From: Desulfobacterales bacterium
GTDB lineage: Bacteria; Desulfobacterota; Desulfobacteria; Desulfobacterales; UBA11574
NCBI GenBank assembly: GCA_046484425.1
Contig: JAWOIY010000183.1
Coordinates: 83 to 64,082 of the forward strand
DNA: 64,000 bases
Direction: 5' to 3'
Shown: positions 55,196 through 63,598 of the stretch, piece by piece
How positions within the stretch are numbered: the first letter of the stretch is position 1
How the letters are laid out: each line of letters opens with the position of its first letter
Notes under the pieces: generated by a model
The model's database searches: none
The model's input: only the letters and a program-made list of their open reading frames with translations
What the model was told of the DNA's origin: nothing
Made by a program: the position numbers and the translations under genes

Positions 55196-56827
55196 ATGAT
55201 GTTTTGTTTTCAATGTGAACAAACGGCAAAAGGTGAAGGGTGTACCAAAGTCGGCGTATGCGGGAAGCAGCCGGAAGTTGCCGCCCTTCAGGATGTTTTG
55301 ATTTATGCGGTAAAGGGTTTGGCACAGGTGGCCCTTGAAGGTCGAAACGTCGGTATCAGCGATACATCCATCGACCATTTTACCTGTGAAGCCATCTTTT
55401 CCACGCTGACCAATGTCGATTTTGATCCGGATCGATTCGTGAGACTGATCCAGAACACCGTAAAATTGAGAGATGAACTCAAGTCAAAGATAGCGGCGGC
55501 CGGCGGAAAAACCGATTTCCCGGACGGGCCGGCACACTTCACACCCGAGGCCACTCGAGAAGGTCTTGTGGCCCAAGGGGAAAAAGTCGGTGTTAAATCC
55601 GACCCGGACATCGATCCTGACATTCTATCTCTCCAGCAGCTCTTAATATACGGCATCAAAGGGGTGGCCGCCTACGCGGACCATGCGGCAATACTGGGAA
55701 AAACCGATACTCGGATTTTTGATTTTATTCATGAGGCCATGGCCGCTACCTTGAACAAAGCGCTGAGTGCAGATGATCTCGTCGGCCTTGTTTTTAAATG
55801 TGGAGAAATAAACCTTCGGGCAATGGAAATCCTGGATGCCGCAAATACAGAAACTTACGGACATCCGGTTCCGACATCCGTTCCTTTGGGTGCGAAAAAA
55901 GGAAAGGCCATTCTGGTTTCAGGACATGATTTAAAAGACCTTGAAGAAATCCTGAAGCAAACCCAAGGCAAAGGGATCTATATATATACACACGGTGAAA
56001 TGCTCCCCTGCCATGGATATCCTGAACTGAAAAAATACGATCATTTTTACGGGCACTACGGCACCGCGTGGCAAAATCAGGCCAAAGAGTTTGATGCGTT
56101 CCCGGGTGCAATTTTGATGACCACAAACTGTATTCAAAAGCCCAGAGATTCTTACAGGGACAATATTTTCACCACCGGTCTGGTGGGCTGGCCCGGCGTC
56201 ACTCATATTGCCGACAAGAATTTTGCACCCGTGATTGAAAAAGCGTTGGAATTGCCCGGATTCACGGAAGATACCCAAGGCAAGTCGGTGATGGTCGGCT
56301 TTGCCAGAAATGCGGTCATGGGCGTTGCCGGGACGGTGATCGAAGCGGTAAAAAACAAAGCGATTCGTCATTTTTTCCTGGTTGGCGGATGCGACGGCGC
56401 CAAGGCCGGACGAAATTACTACACGGAATTTGTGGAAAAAGTGCCTGAAGATTGCGTGGTCCTAACACTGGCCTGTGGCAAATTTCGTTTCTTTGACAAG
56501 GATCTGGGAGATATCGGCGGGATTCCGAGGCTCCTGGATGTCGGTCAGTGCAACGACGCCTACTCTGCCGTTCAGATTGCATCGGCCCTGGCCAATGCCT
56601 TTGAGTGTGGGGTGAATGACCTTCCGTTGTCCATGATTCTGTCATGGTATGAGCAAAAAGCCTGTGCGATTCTCTTGAGTCTGCTGTATCTCGGAATCAA
56701 GGATATTCGACTGGGTCCGAGTCTGCCGGCTTTTGTTTCGCCGAATATTCTCAATGTTCTGGTGGAAAAGTTCAATATTATGCCGATCAAGACACCGGAT
56801 GAAGACCTTAAGGCAATTTTAGGATAA
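55196..56827 (+). CDS. hcp: hybrid cluster protein (hydroxylamine reductase)
   Basis: N-terminal CFQCEQTAKGEGCTKVGVCGK cluster motif; 543 aa. Confidence 0.95.
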   Translation: MMFCFQCEQTAKGEGCTKVGVCGKQPEVAALQDVLIYAVKGLAQVALEGRNVGISDTSIDHFTCEAIFSTLTNVDFDPDRFVRLIQNTVKLRDELKSKIAAAGGKTDFPDGPAHFTPEATREGLVAQGEKVGVKSDPDIDPDILSLQQLLIYGIKGVAAYADHAAILGKTDTRIFDFIHEAMAATLNKALSADDLVGLVFKCGEINLRAMEILDAANTETYGHPVPTSVPLGAKKGKAILVSGHDLKDLEEILKQTQGKGIYIYTHGEMLPCHGYPELKKYDHFYGHYGTAWQNQAKEFDAFPGAILMTTNCIQKPRDSYRDNIFTTGLVGWPGVTHIADKNFAPVIEKALELPGFTEDTQGKSVMVGFARNAVMGVAGTVIEAVKNKAIRHFFLVGGCDGAKAGRNYYTEFVEKVPEDCVVLTLACGKFRFFDKDLGDIGGIPRLLDVGQCNDAYSAVQIASALANAFECGVNDLPLSMILSWYEQKACAILLSLLYLGIKDIRLGPSLPAFVSPNILNVLVEKFNIMPIKTPDEDLKAILG

Positions 56828-56906
56828 TTTCTTCTCGACAGGATTCACAGGTGATTAGCGTATGTCTTGTGGATCCTGTTAAAAAAGTTAATCATAGGAG
56901 GAAAAA

Positions 56907-57635
56907 ATGAAATGCCCGGGACAAGACAGCCGGTACTGGAAACCAGGCTCTATCTTTGAGGCCAAATGTCCGGAATGCGGCCATTTGGTAGAGTTCTTTA
57001 AGGACGACACCACCCGAAAGTGCCCCAAGTGCGAGCATAAGTTCGCCAACCCCAAAATGGATTTCGGATGTGCGTCATACTGCCAGTATGCAAAAGAGTG
57101 TATTGGGGATCTGCCGCCGGAGCTGTTGGCTCAAAAGGAAGACCTCCTAAAAGACCGCATTGCTATCGAGATGAAGCGCTATTTTAAAAGTGATTTCAAA
57201 CGGATCGGCCATGCAACCCGGGTGGCTCGTCATGCCGAAAGGATCGGCAGAGACGAACGGGGCAACCTGGCGGTGATTCTGGCCGCAGCGTATCTGCATG
57301 ACATCGGTATCCATGAAGCGGAAAGCAAGTATAACAGTACGGCCGGAAAATATCAGGAGCAGGAAGGGCCGCCCATCGCAAGATCCATCATGATCAAATT
57401 AGGCGCAAAAGAAGAATTGATCGAAGAGGTTTGTGATATCATCGGGCATCACCATCATCCCAGATCCGAAGAAACGGTGAATTTCAAAGTGCTGTACGAT
57501 GCGGATCTCATTACCAACCTCGAAGAAAAACAGAAAGATAGCCCCATAAACAATGATAAACTTGTCCAGATTATCGAAAAATCATTTTTGACGGACAGCG
57601 GACGTGAAGAAGCAAAGAAGACCTTGTTGAATTAG
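56907..57635 (+). CDS. HD-domain phosphohydrolase with N-terminal zinc ribbon
   Basis: CPECG...CPKCE ribbon. HD motif AAAYLHDIG and GHHHH. Confidence 0.8.
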   Translation: MKCPGQDSRYWKPGSIFEAKCPECGHLVEFFKDDTTRKCPKCEHKFANPKMDFGCASYCQYAKECIGDLPPELLAQKEDLLKDRIAIEMKRYFKSDFKRIGHATRVARHAERIGRDERGNLAVILAAAYLHDIGIHEAESKYNSTAGKYQEQEGPPIARSIMIKLGAKEELIEEVCDIIGHHHHPRSEETVNFKVLYDADLITNLEEKQKDSPINNDKLVQIIEKSFLTDSGREEAKKTLLN

Positions 57636-57715
57636 CTTTGTTTCCATGGGTATTCCTCATTCGGACATGCGAGTTTTCCTAACCAATAAAACAGATGAAA
57701 CCAAAGGGTTTAATC

Positions 57716-58471
57716 ATGAAAACATTACGAAAAATAATTGAAATCGATGAAGAATTGTGCGACGGGTGTGGCCAGTGTGTCCCTTCCTGTGCCGAAGGCG
57801 CCCTTAAAATCGTGGACGGCAAAGCACGAATTATTGCAGACAAGCTGTGTGACGGGCTCGGGGCCTGTTTGGGAGAATGTCCCACCGGAGCCCTCCGCGT
57901 CATTGAGCGTGAAGCCGACGAATTTGATGAGGAGGCGGTTGAGGAACATCTAACAGAAAAAGAGACCGCTAAAGAAAAGCAGCATATGCCCTGCGGATGT
58001 CCGTCCACCCAGATCCAGACGTTTGTGCCCATCGAATCTCATCCGGAAGCCCAAATTCCGGCCATAACCGCAACCAAGGGCGAATCGGCGCTTTCTCACT
58101 GGCCGGTTCAAATACGGCTCATTCCACCCAAGGCGCCTTTTCTTAAAGGGGCTGACCTTCTGGTGCTGGCGGACTGCGTCGCAGTTGCCTATGCAAATTT
58201 ACAACAAGATCTCATGGCCGGAAAAGTGGTGATGATGGGATGTCCCAAATTCGATGGTGCTGAAGAATATATCGAAAAATTCGCAGAAATTTTCAAAACC
58301 GCCGGAATCAAAAGTATTACCACGGTCTATATGGAGGTGCCGTGTTGCTCCGGTCTGCCGATGATCGTAAAAAAGGGACTTGAAGCATCCGGCCGAACCA
58401 TTCCCATGATTGATGTTGTCATCAGTACCCGAGGCAAGCTTCTGGAACAAACCAAAGAAAGCGTAAACTAA
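57716..58471 (+). CDS. ferredoxin-like Fe-S protein (FrdX-like hcp partner)
   Basis: CDGCGQCVPSC and CDGLGACLGECP motifs at the N-terminus, with an additional Cys-containing C-terminal domain. An alternative start is at ATG 57695. Confidence 0.75.
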   Translation: MKTLRKIIEIDEELCDGCGQCVPSCAEGALKIVDGKARIIADKLCDGLGACLGECPTGALRVIEREADEFDEEAVEEHLTEKETAKEKQHMPCGCPSTQIQTFVPIESHPEAQIPAITATKGESALSHWPVQIRLIPPKAPFLKGADLLVLADCVAVAYANLQQDLMAGKVVMMGCPKFDGAEEYIEKFAEIFKTAGIKSITTVYMEVPCCSGLPMIVKKGLEASGRTIPMIDVVISTRGKLLEQTKESVN

Positions 58472-58509
58472 CAGCCCTGGCTGGGTAAAATAGAGGTGAG
58501 CCTTCCCCG

Positions 58510-58957
58510 TCATAAAGGGCGGAACTTGCGCTCAGTAGACCGGTCAAGCATCAGCACGGAATAGAATATCCACAGTTGGGTTATAAAAAGTGGGGAGATC
58601 GCTGAACCTTGCAAGAATGAATGATACAGTCCGCCGGTATCCGTTACGGTTAGATCAAATGTAAGGACAGCACCCTCTGGTCCTACGTCCGGCGCCTTAA
58701 AGGTCGGCTGAAAGGAAGTCGGATCGGACAGGGTTACGCCCGTGCCGCCGGCTTGGGTCCAAATAAGAGGAAATGCCGTCATCAATATCTACAGAAGAAG
58801 AACCGTCTAATGCAACAACAATCCCTTCAGTTACAGTCTGATCAGGTCCGGCATTCGCCTGGGGAGGCTCATTTTGCCATGTTACGTTTACAACACACCC
58901 ATCTTTTCCCTGATTTTCATAACACACGCCACTTTCTCTTTGCATTGGATAATTCAT
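58510..58957 (-). pseudogene. frameshifted relic of a PKD/Big-repeat surface protein
   Basis: Frame A gives ...ANAGPDQTVTEGIVVALDGSSSVDIDDGISSY. It continues in another frame as LIWTQAGGTGVTLSDPTSFQPTFKAPDVGPEGAVLTFDLTVTDTGGL. This is a single PKD-like repeat split by a frameshift near 58785, without the rest of a large protein. Confidence 0.6.
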
Positions 58958-59385
58958 TAATGAGAAAGGCGCCGTTTAATGGGTAAAGAGTATTTTGAAC
59001 GAGAGGAACTCTATGCGTGGTTGGCAACCGGCTGTCGTAGCTTTTAAGCCTTAGACCCTTGGCTTTGCGTCCCCGCTTTTCAGCGGGTTTGCCCTTTCAC
59101 TAACTGGATTTATCCAATATCTGAATAAAGTTTTAAGATGGCTCCGTATATTAATTTGAATAAAAAAATTTTTACATTTTATTATGCAATATATTTGATG
59201 TCATTCCAAAAAGAAGAGGACGTTTTAATATCAAATACTTAACTTAATCCCGGAGGTTCGCGAACCAGAGGTGTTTGACATTCTTTCTTTAATCTTATAA
59301 ATTTATCTTTCAAATTGAACGATACTTTCTTTAAAAAGCTGGAGAAATAACAGGTAACAATTAATTCGATTGATTGGAGGACCTT

Positions 59386-59796
59386 ATGAAAAAGATCAAA
59401 ATTTTCCTCTTGACACTTTCAGTTATGATGATCGCTGCAACATTTTATAAAGGGATTGCCATAGCGGCACAGGTTACGAGAATTAATACGAATAGAGGAC
59501 TTATTGTTATTGACGGAACCAAGGATGACGGATTTGTTATGGGAGCTACAGTATGCTTTTATTCCGCCTCAGGTGAAGAAATAGTATGTGGCAGTGTTCA
59601 GCAGACATCAGAGTCCTATGCGACGATTAAAGTAAACAACAGAGAAGCAAAACAAATTAAGTTCGGAATGGAAGCAAAAATCCCTGAAGAAACATCGGAA
59701 AAAGAGGTAACAAAAGAAGAAAAAAGCTGTATTGATGATTCGGAATGTGGTTATGGCGAAGTTTGCATTAATGGTAGATGCTATAACACAAAATGA
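59386..59796 (+). CDS. small secreted protein with Cys-rich C-terminal knot
   Basis: GGAGG 5 nt upstream of ATG 59386. Signal peptide MKKIKIFLLTLSVMMIAA. C-terminus CIDDSECGYGEVCINGRCYN. Confidence 0.55.
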   Translation: MKKIKIFLLTLSVMMIAATFYKGIAIAAQVTRINTNRGLIVIDGTKDDGFVMGATVCFYSASGEEIVCGSVQQTSESYATIKVNNREAKQIKFGMEAKIPEETSEKEVTKEEKSCIDDSECGYGEVCINGRCYNTK

Positions 59797-59874
59797 CAGG
59801 ACGTTTCAGGGAGTGAATAAACAATGAAAATCAAAAGTTTAAGAAATAGATAGCTGGTAACAAGCACGTGAAAA

Positions 59875-59906
59875 AGGCAGGGCTTGTTTTTAGTCCTGCC
59901 TTTTTT
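59875..59906. terminator. Rho-independent terminator (potentially bidirectional)
   Basis: AGGCAGGGCT/AGTCCTGCCT stem followed by T6, with an A5 run on the other side. It lies between convergent genes. Confidence 0.6.
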
Positions 59907-60073
59907 ATGTTCTGGACTTGTGAGGTCTGCTACTAAAACGTAACAAAATGATAATTGATCTTTAGATGGTTAATCGGAACATGCAACCATCCGGGAGAGA
60001 ATAACGATATTTCTATTTTTCATGGGGATTATTCCTTTCTGTTATTTCTCACAAAAGACTATTTACCAATGGA

Positions 60074-60496
60074 TCAGTTTTGTGCCTTTTTTGAAGAAAT
60101 TAGTTCATTGATGGCTTTGTCAAGTTCAGAAAGTCGAAATGGTTTTGACAATATCTTGTCCGCTTGGGAATTTGTAGCAAACTCTCCGGGATATCCCCCC
60201 CATCCAGTTATTATTATAACAGGTATGTTGGGGAATTTTGTCTTAATAATTGAAATAAGGCCTATTCCGCTTATTCGTGGCAAAACGATATCTGTAATGA
60301 CCAGGTCAAATCCGTGATGATCATTTTCAAGTAATTTCAATCCTTCCAAACCATCAATAGCTGAGGTGACATCGTACATTTTTTCATTAAGAAAATAGCA
60401 AAGGTTTGCTAAGACATGTTCGTCGTCATCGATTATTAGTAATTTTAGAGACGGTCCCATTCTATTTAAATTGACATTTAATTTAGTTTTTTCCAT
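60074..60496 (-). CDS. stand-alone response-regulator receiver (CheY-like)
   Basis: LLIIDDD, phospho-acceptor context LVITDIVLP, conserved Lys context ILSKPF; no output domain. Confidence 0.8.
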   Translation of the reverse strand: MEKTKLNVNLNRMGPSLKLLIIDDDEHVLANLCYFLNEKMYDVTSAIDGLEGLKLLENDHHGFDLVITDIVLPRISGIGLISIIKTKFPNIPVIIITGWGGYPGEFATNSQADKILSKPFRLSELDKAINELISSKKAQN

Positions 60497-60818
60497 TTGT
60501 TAATGGTAAGATTTTGTGGTTTTTATCAAAACAGATTGCCATGCCTTGTTGGCTTGTTCGAATTACAGATCCTGTAAAATATATATGAGATATTTTACTC
60601 TTCACATTTTTAAATTTGTTCAGAGGAAGAATAATATCTAACTTAACATCAGTTCCGACCGTCAATGGTTTATTTGTTTTGAAAAAAGTACCTCCTGCAC
60701 AGATATTACTGGTCAGTAGTGTATATGATTTCTGCTGTTCGCTCTTATCAGTCACTGAAAGATAGGTGGTAAGTTCAAGATCAAACCTTTCCATCTTTCT
60801 CTTTTCGATTTCGACCAC
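60483..60818 (-). CDS. PilZ domain protein
   Basis: RxxxR motif (RKMER) near the N-terminus and a D/NxSxxG-like NICAGG; 111 aa. The GTG start is needed to keep the RxxxR motif. Confidence 0.65.
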   Translation of the reverse strand: MVEIEKRKMERFDLELTTYLSVTDKSEQQKSYTLLTSNICAGGTFFKTNKPLTVGTDVKLDIILPLNKFKNVKSKISHIYFTGSVIRTSQQGMAICFDKNHKILPLTNGKN

Positions 60819-60878
60819 AGTAATAAATCCTGACTTTTAACAATTGAGGATTTGAATAAGGTTGGTAAGTGATTTATA

Positions 60879-60894
60879 AGCAATTGATGTGCCA
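60879..60894 (-). promoter_or_regulatory. sigma54 (-24/-12) promoter upstream of the PilZ-receiver operon
   Basis: The minus strand reads TGGCACATCAATTGCT, a full match to TGGCAC-N5-TTGCW. The predicted start is ~50 nt upstream of the PilZ start codon. Confidence 0.6.
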
Positions 60895-60966
60895 GATCCC
60901 AGGAAAAAAATAACCAATTGGTATTATTATAATTATAATCTAATAATTTAAATGAAAAACTGATAT

Positions 60967-60984
60967 ATGAATGATTTTTCATAC
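60967..60984. promoter_or_regulatory. possible enhancer palindrome TATGAA-N6-TTCATA
   Basis: 6-bp inverted arms with a 6-nt spacer, centre ~83 bp upstream of the -24 element. Confidence 0.35.
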
Positions 60985-61044
60985 AGCGAACAAAAGTGAT
61001 CTGACAAAAAAAGAGATATGTTGTTGAAAAATAACGACTATTAA

Positions 61045-61062
61045 ATGAAGGAATTTTCATTC
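61045..61062. promoter_or_regulatory. possible enhancer palindrome AATGAA-N6-TTCATT
   Basis: Same ATGAA-N6-TTCAT core, centre 78 bp from the first copy. Confidence 0.35.
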
Positions 61063-61254
61063 GCCTGGTGTGGATTGAATATTATGTCCAATCTAAGACT
61101 TTCAATTTACTGCTATATCTCTGGAAGACTAAAATCGGTTCTATTGGTTGTGATATCAAATTCTGAGGACTTAACTATTATGGGATGTATTCGTGCCACT
61201 CCCCAATTTTGCATATAAGGTATTGGTTTGGTATTGACAGGGTGCCTTTATTTC

Positions 61255-61282
61255 GTTAACCAGGCTATTAAGGGGGGTTAAC
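61255..61282. promoter_or_regulatory. BirA operator-like inverted repeat (bioO)
   Basis: GTTAACC-N14-GGTTAAC, 20 nt upstream of the birA ATG. It fits the TGTwAACC-N14/15-GGTTwACA BirA site pattern described for many bacteria. Confidence 0.55.
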
Positions 61283-61301
61283 CGGAAGGATTGAATCAAT
61301 C

Positions 61302-62222
61302 ATGAAAGGTCAGATTCTGAATATATTAAGAACTGAAACCGGAGTTGTTTCCGGGAAAGCGCTCAGCACGCATCTTGGCATTTCTCGGGTGTCTGTCTGG
61401 AAGCATATCAAAAAACTCCAGGAGGTTGGATACTTTATCGAGGCTTCGCCCAAGGGCTATCTGCTTGTCAGTTCCCCTGATGTCCTTTATCCGTGGGAAT
61501 TCGGGGATAAAGGGTCCAAAATTCATTATTTTGATGAAGTGGAATCCACCATGGACATTGCAAGAAATCTTGCAAGAAACCAGTGCCCCCACTTTACGGT
61601 GGTCATTGCCGGCCGACAGAAAAAAGGAAGGGGGCGGCTCAAGAGAACCTGGCTGTCATCGGAAGGGGGGCTATATTTTACAATTGTTGTCAGGCCGAAG
61701 ATACCACCGGCGTTCAGTTCGAGGATCAATTTTGCCGCATCGATGATTTTGGCCAAGACCCTGCGAAGTATGTTTAAAATTCGTGCCATGGTGAAGTGGC
61801 CCAACGATATACTGGTTGAGGACCGGAAGATTTCAGGACTCCTTTCCGAAATGGATGCTGAGATGGATATGGTGAACTTTATCAATATCGGATTGGGGAT
61901 CAATGTCAACAATGATCCAACGCCCCATGAACCCGCGGCAACGTCTTTAAAAAAGATCCTCGGCAGGGAGGTGTCGAGGAAAGATCTGTTAAAGACATTT
62001 CTCGATGATTTTGAACATGCGCTGAATGAATCGGATCTGGAACATATAGTATTTGATTGGAAAAGATATGCGGGCACATTGAACCGGCATGTCAGGATCG
62101 TTACAAGCCATGAAGTTTGGGAAGGTTTGGCCGTGGATGTGGACGAGAATGGTGCACTGGTGCTGAAACTCGCGGACGGTTCATTAAAAAGGATTATTTA
62201 CGGCGATTGCTTTCATGAATAA
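61302..62222 (+). CDS. birA: bifunctional biotin-[acetyl-CoA-carboxylase] ligase / biotin operon repressor
   Basis: N-terminal winged HTH (GKALSTHLGISRVSVWKHIKKL). Catalytic motif GRQKKGRGRLKRTW and KWPND. Confidence 0.9.
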   Translation: MKGQILNILRTETGVVSGKALSTHLGISRVSVWKHIKKLQEVGYFIEASPKGYLLVSSPDVLYPWEFGDKGSKIHYFDEVESTMDIARNLARNQCPHFTVVIAGRQKKGRGRLKRTWLSSEGGLYFTIVVRPKIPPAFSSRINFAASMILAKTLRSMFKIRAMVKWPNDILVEDRKISGLLSEMDAEMDMVNFINIGLGINVNNDPTPHEPAATSLKKILGREVSRKDLLKTFLDDFEHALNESDLEHIVFDWKRYAGTLNRHVRIVTSHEVWEGLAVDVDENGALVLKLADGSLKRIIYGDCFHE

Positions 62223-62248
62223 TCAAGATGATTGATTATAGGTGATGG

Positions 62249-62806
62249 GTGATGAATGAAAAGGGACTGCCAATCGAAGAACCTTCCGCCACACTCCGAA
62301 TGACGGTGTATGCTTCCTTGATGGCGGCGCTCACCGCGGCCGGTGCATACCTATCCATCCCCATAGGACCGGTTCCCATTGTTCTTCAGAACCTTTTTGT
62401 ATTTCTCTCCGGTCTTTTGCTGGGACCTCGGTGGGGGGCCGCAAGCATCGGGGTTTATCTTTTGGCCGGGGCATTGGGTTTACCAGTGTTTGCCGGGGGT
62501 GTCGGCGGCATCGGGCGTTTTGCCGGTCCTACCGGCGGATATCTTTTGGGGTTTCTCCCTGCCGTCTATGTAGTAGGGTGGATATCCGGTACTTCCAAAA
62601 AACATGGGGTCAGGGACATCATTGCCATGGTCTGCGGCGGTTTGATCATTTATGCGTTCGGGATATCCTGGCTGAAAATATTGACCGGTATGACACTGGC
62701 CAAAACGCTGGCTTTGGGCATGTTCCCGTTCATTTTGGGCGATGCACTTAAAATCGCCGTTGCAATGCCCATTGCAAAAACATTGCGGCCGGTAATTCAT
62801 AAATGA
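62249..62806 (+). CDS. bioY: biotin transporter S-component BioY
   Basis: 185 aa, six TM segments. Family pattern PITLQ-like (PIVLQNLFVFLSG) and GPTGGYLLGF. Confidence 0.9.
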   Translation: MMNEKGLPIEEPSATLRMTVYASLMAALTAAGAYLSIPIGPVPIVLQNLFVFLSGLLLGPRWGAASIGVYLLAGALGLPVFAGGVGGIGRFAGPTGGYLLGFLPAVYVVGWISGTSKKHGVRDIIAMVCGGLIIYAFGISWLKILTGMTLAKTLALGMFPFILGDALKIAVAMPIAKTLRPVIHK

Positions 62807-62845
62807 GCAGGAAAAAGTAACAAGTAAACAGCGACAGGAAAAGCG

Positions 62846-63598
62846 TTGAATAATATTATTGAAATCCATAATCTAAACCACCAGTTCGAAAACGGTACTC
62901 CTGGTCTGAAAAATATCAACCTTAACATTCAGGAAGGGACGTTTGTTGTCATTGCCGGACAGAACGGGTCCGGAAAAACCACGCTGTTAAGGCATCTGAA
63001 CGGGCTTCTGTCGCCAACAAACGGGTCTGTGCGACTGGCCGGTGTGCCGGTATCAAAAAACCTCGCCTGGTCACGGCAGATGGTGGGGATGGTTTTTCAG
63101 GATGCCGACAGTCAGATTGTGGGTGAAACGGTTTACGATGATGTGGCATTCGGACCGGAAAATCTTTGCTTGGACCGGGAAGAAATCGAGCGACGGGTTT
63201 TTCGGGCATTGGAGACCGTGGGATTGATCGACTACAAGAATCAAAAACCCCATTTGCTTTCAGGGGGTGAAAAACGACGGCTTGCCATTGCCGGTATTCT
63301 GGCCATGGAACCCAGAATTCTGGTTTTTGACGAGCCTTTTTCCAGTCTTGACTATCCGGGGGTTAAAAAGATTCTGTCACAGATGATTTCTCTGCACCGG
63401 GCCGGACACACCATTTTGGTTGCGGCGCACGATCTGGAAAAAGTGATTGCCCATACGGATCGTCTCGTCATAATGAAAGACGGAAAAGTGGTAAGGGACG
63501 GGTTGCCGTCTCAACTCTTCGGGGAACTCGAGGCCTTTGGCATCCGAGAGCCGTGTGCGTCCCGTATGGGGATGGAGGTGCATTCGTGGCTGAAGTGA
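62846..63598 (+). CDS. ecfA: ECF transporter ATPase (BioM/EcfA-type)
   Basis: Walker A GQNGSGKTT, signature LSGGEKRR, Walker B ILVFDEP; TTG start. Confidence 0.9.
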   Translation: MNNIIEIHNLNHQFENGTPGLKNINLNIQEGTFVVIAGQNGSGKTTLLRHLNGLLSPTNGSVRLAGVPVSKNLAWSRQMVGMVFQDADSQIVGETVYDDVAFGPENLCLDREEIERRVFRALETVGLIDYKNQKPHLLSGGEKRRLAIAGILAMEPRILVFDEPFSSLDYPGVKKILSQMISLHRAGHTILVAAHDLEKVIAHTDRLVIMKDGKVVRDGLPSQLFGELEAFGIREPCASRMGMEVHSWLK

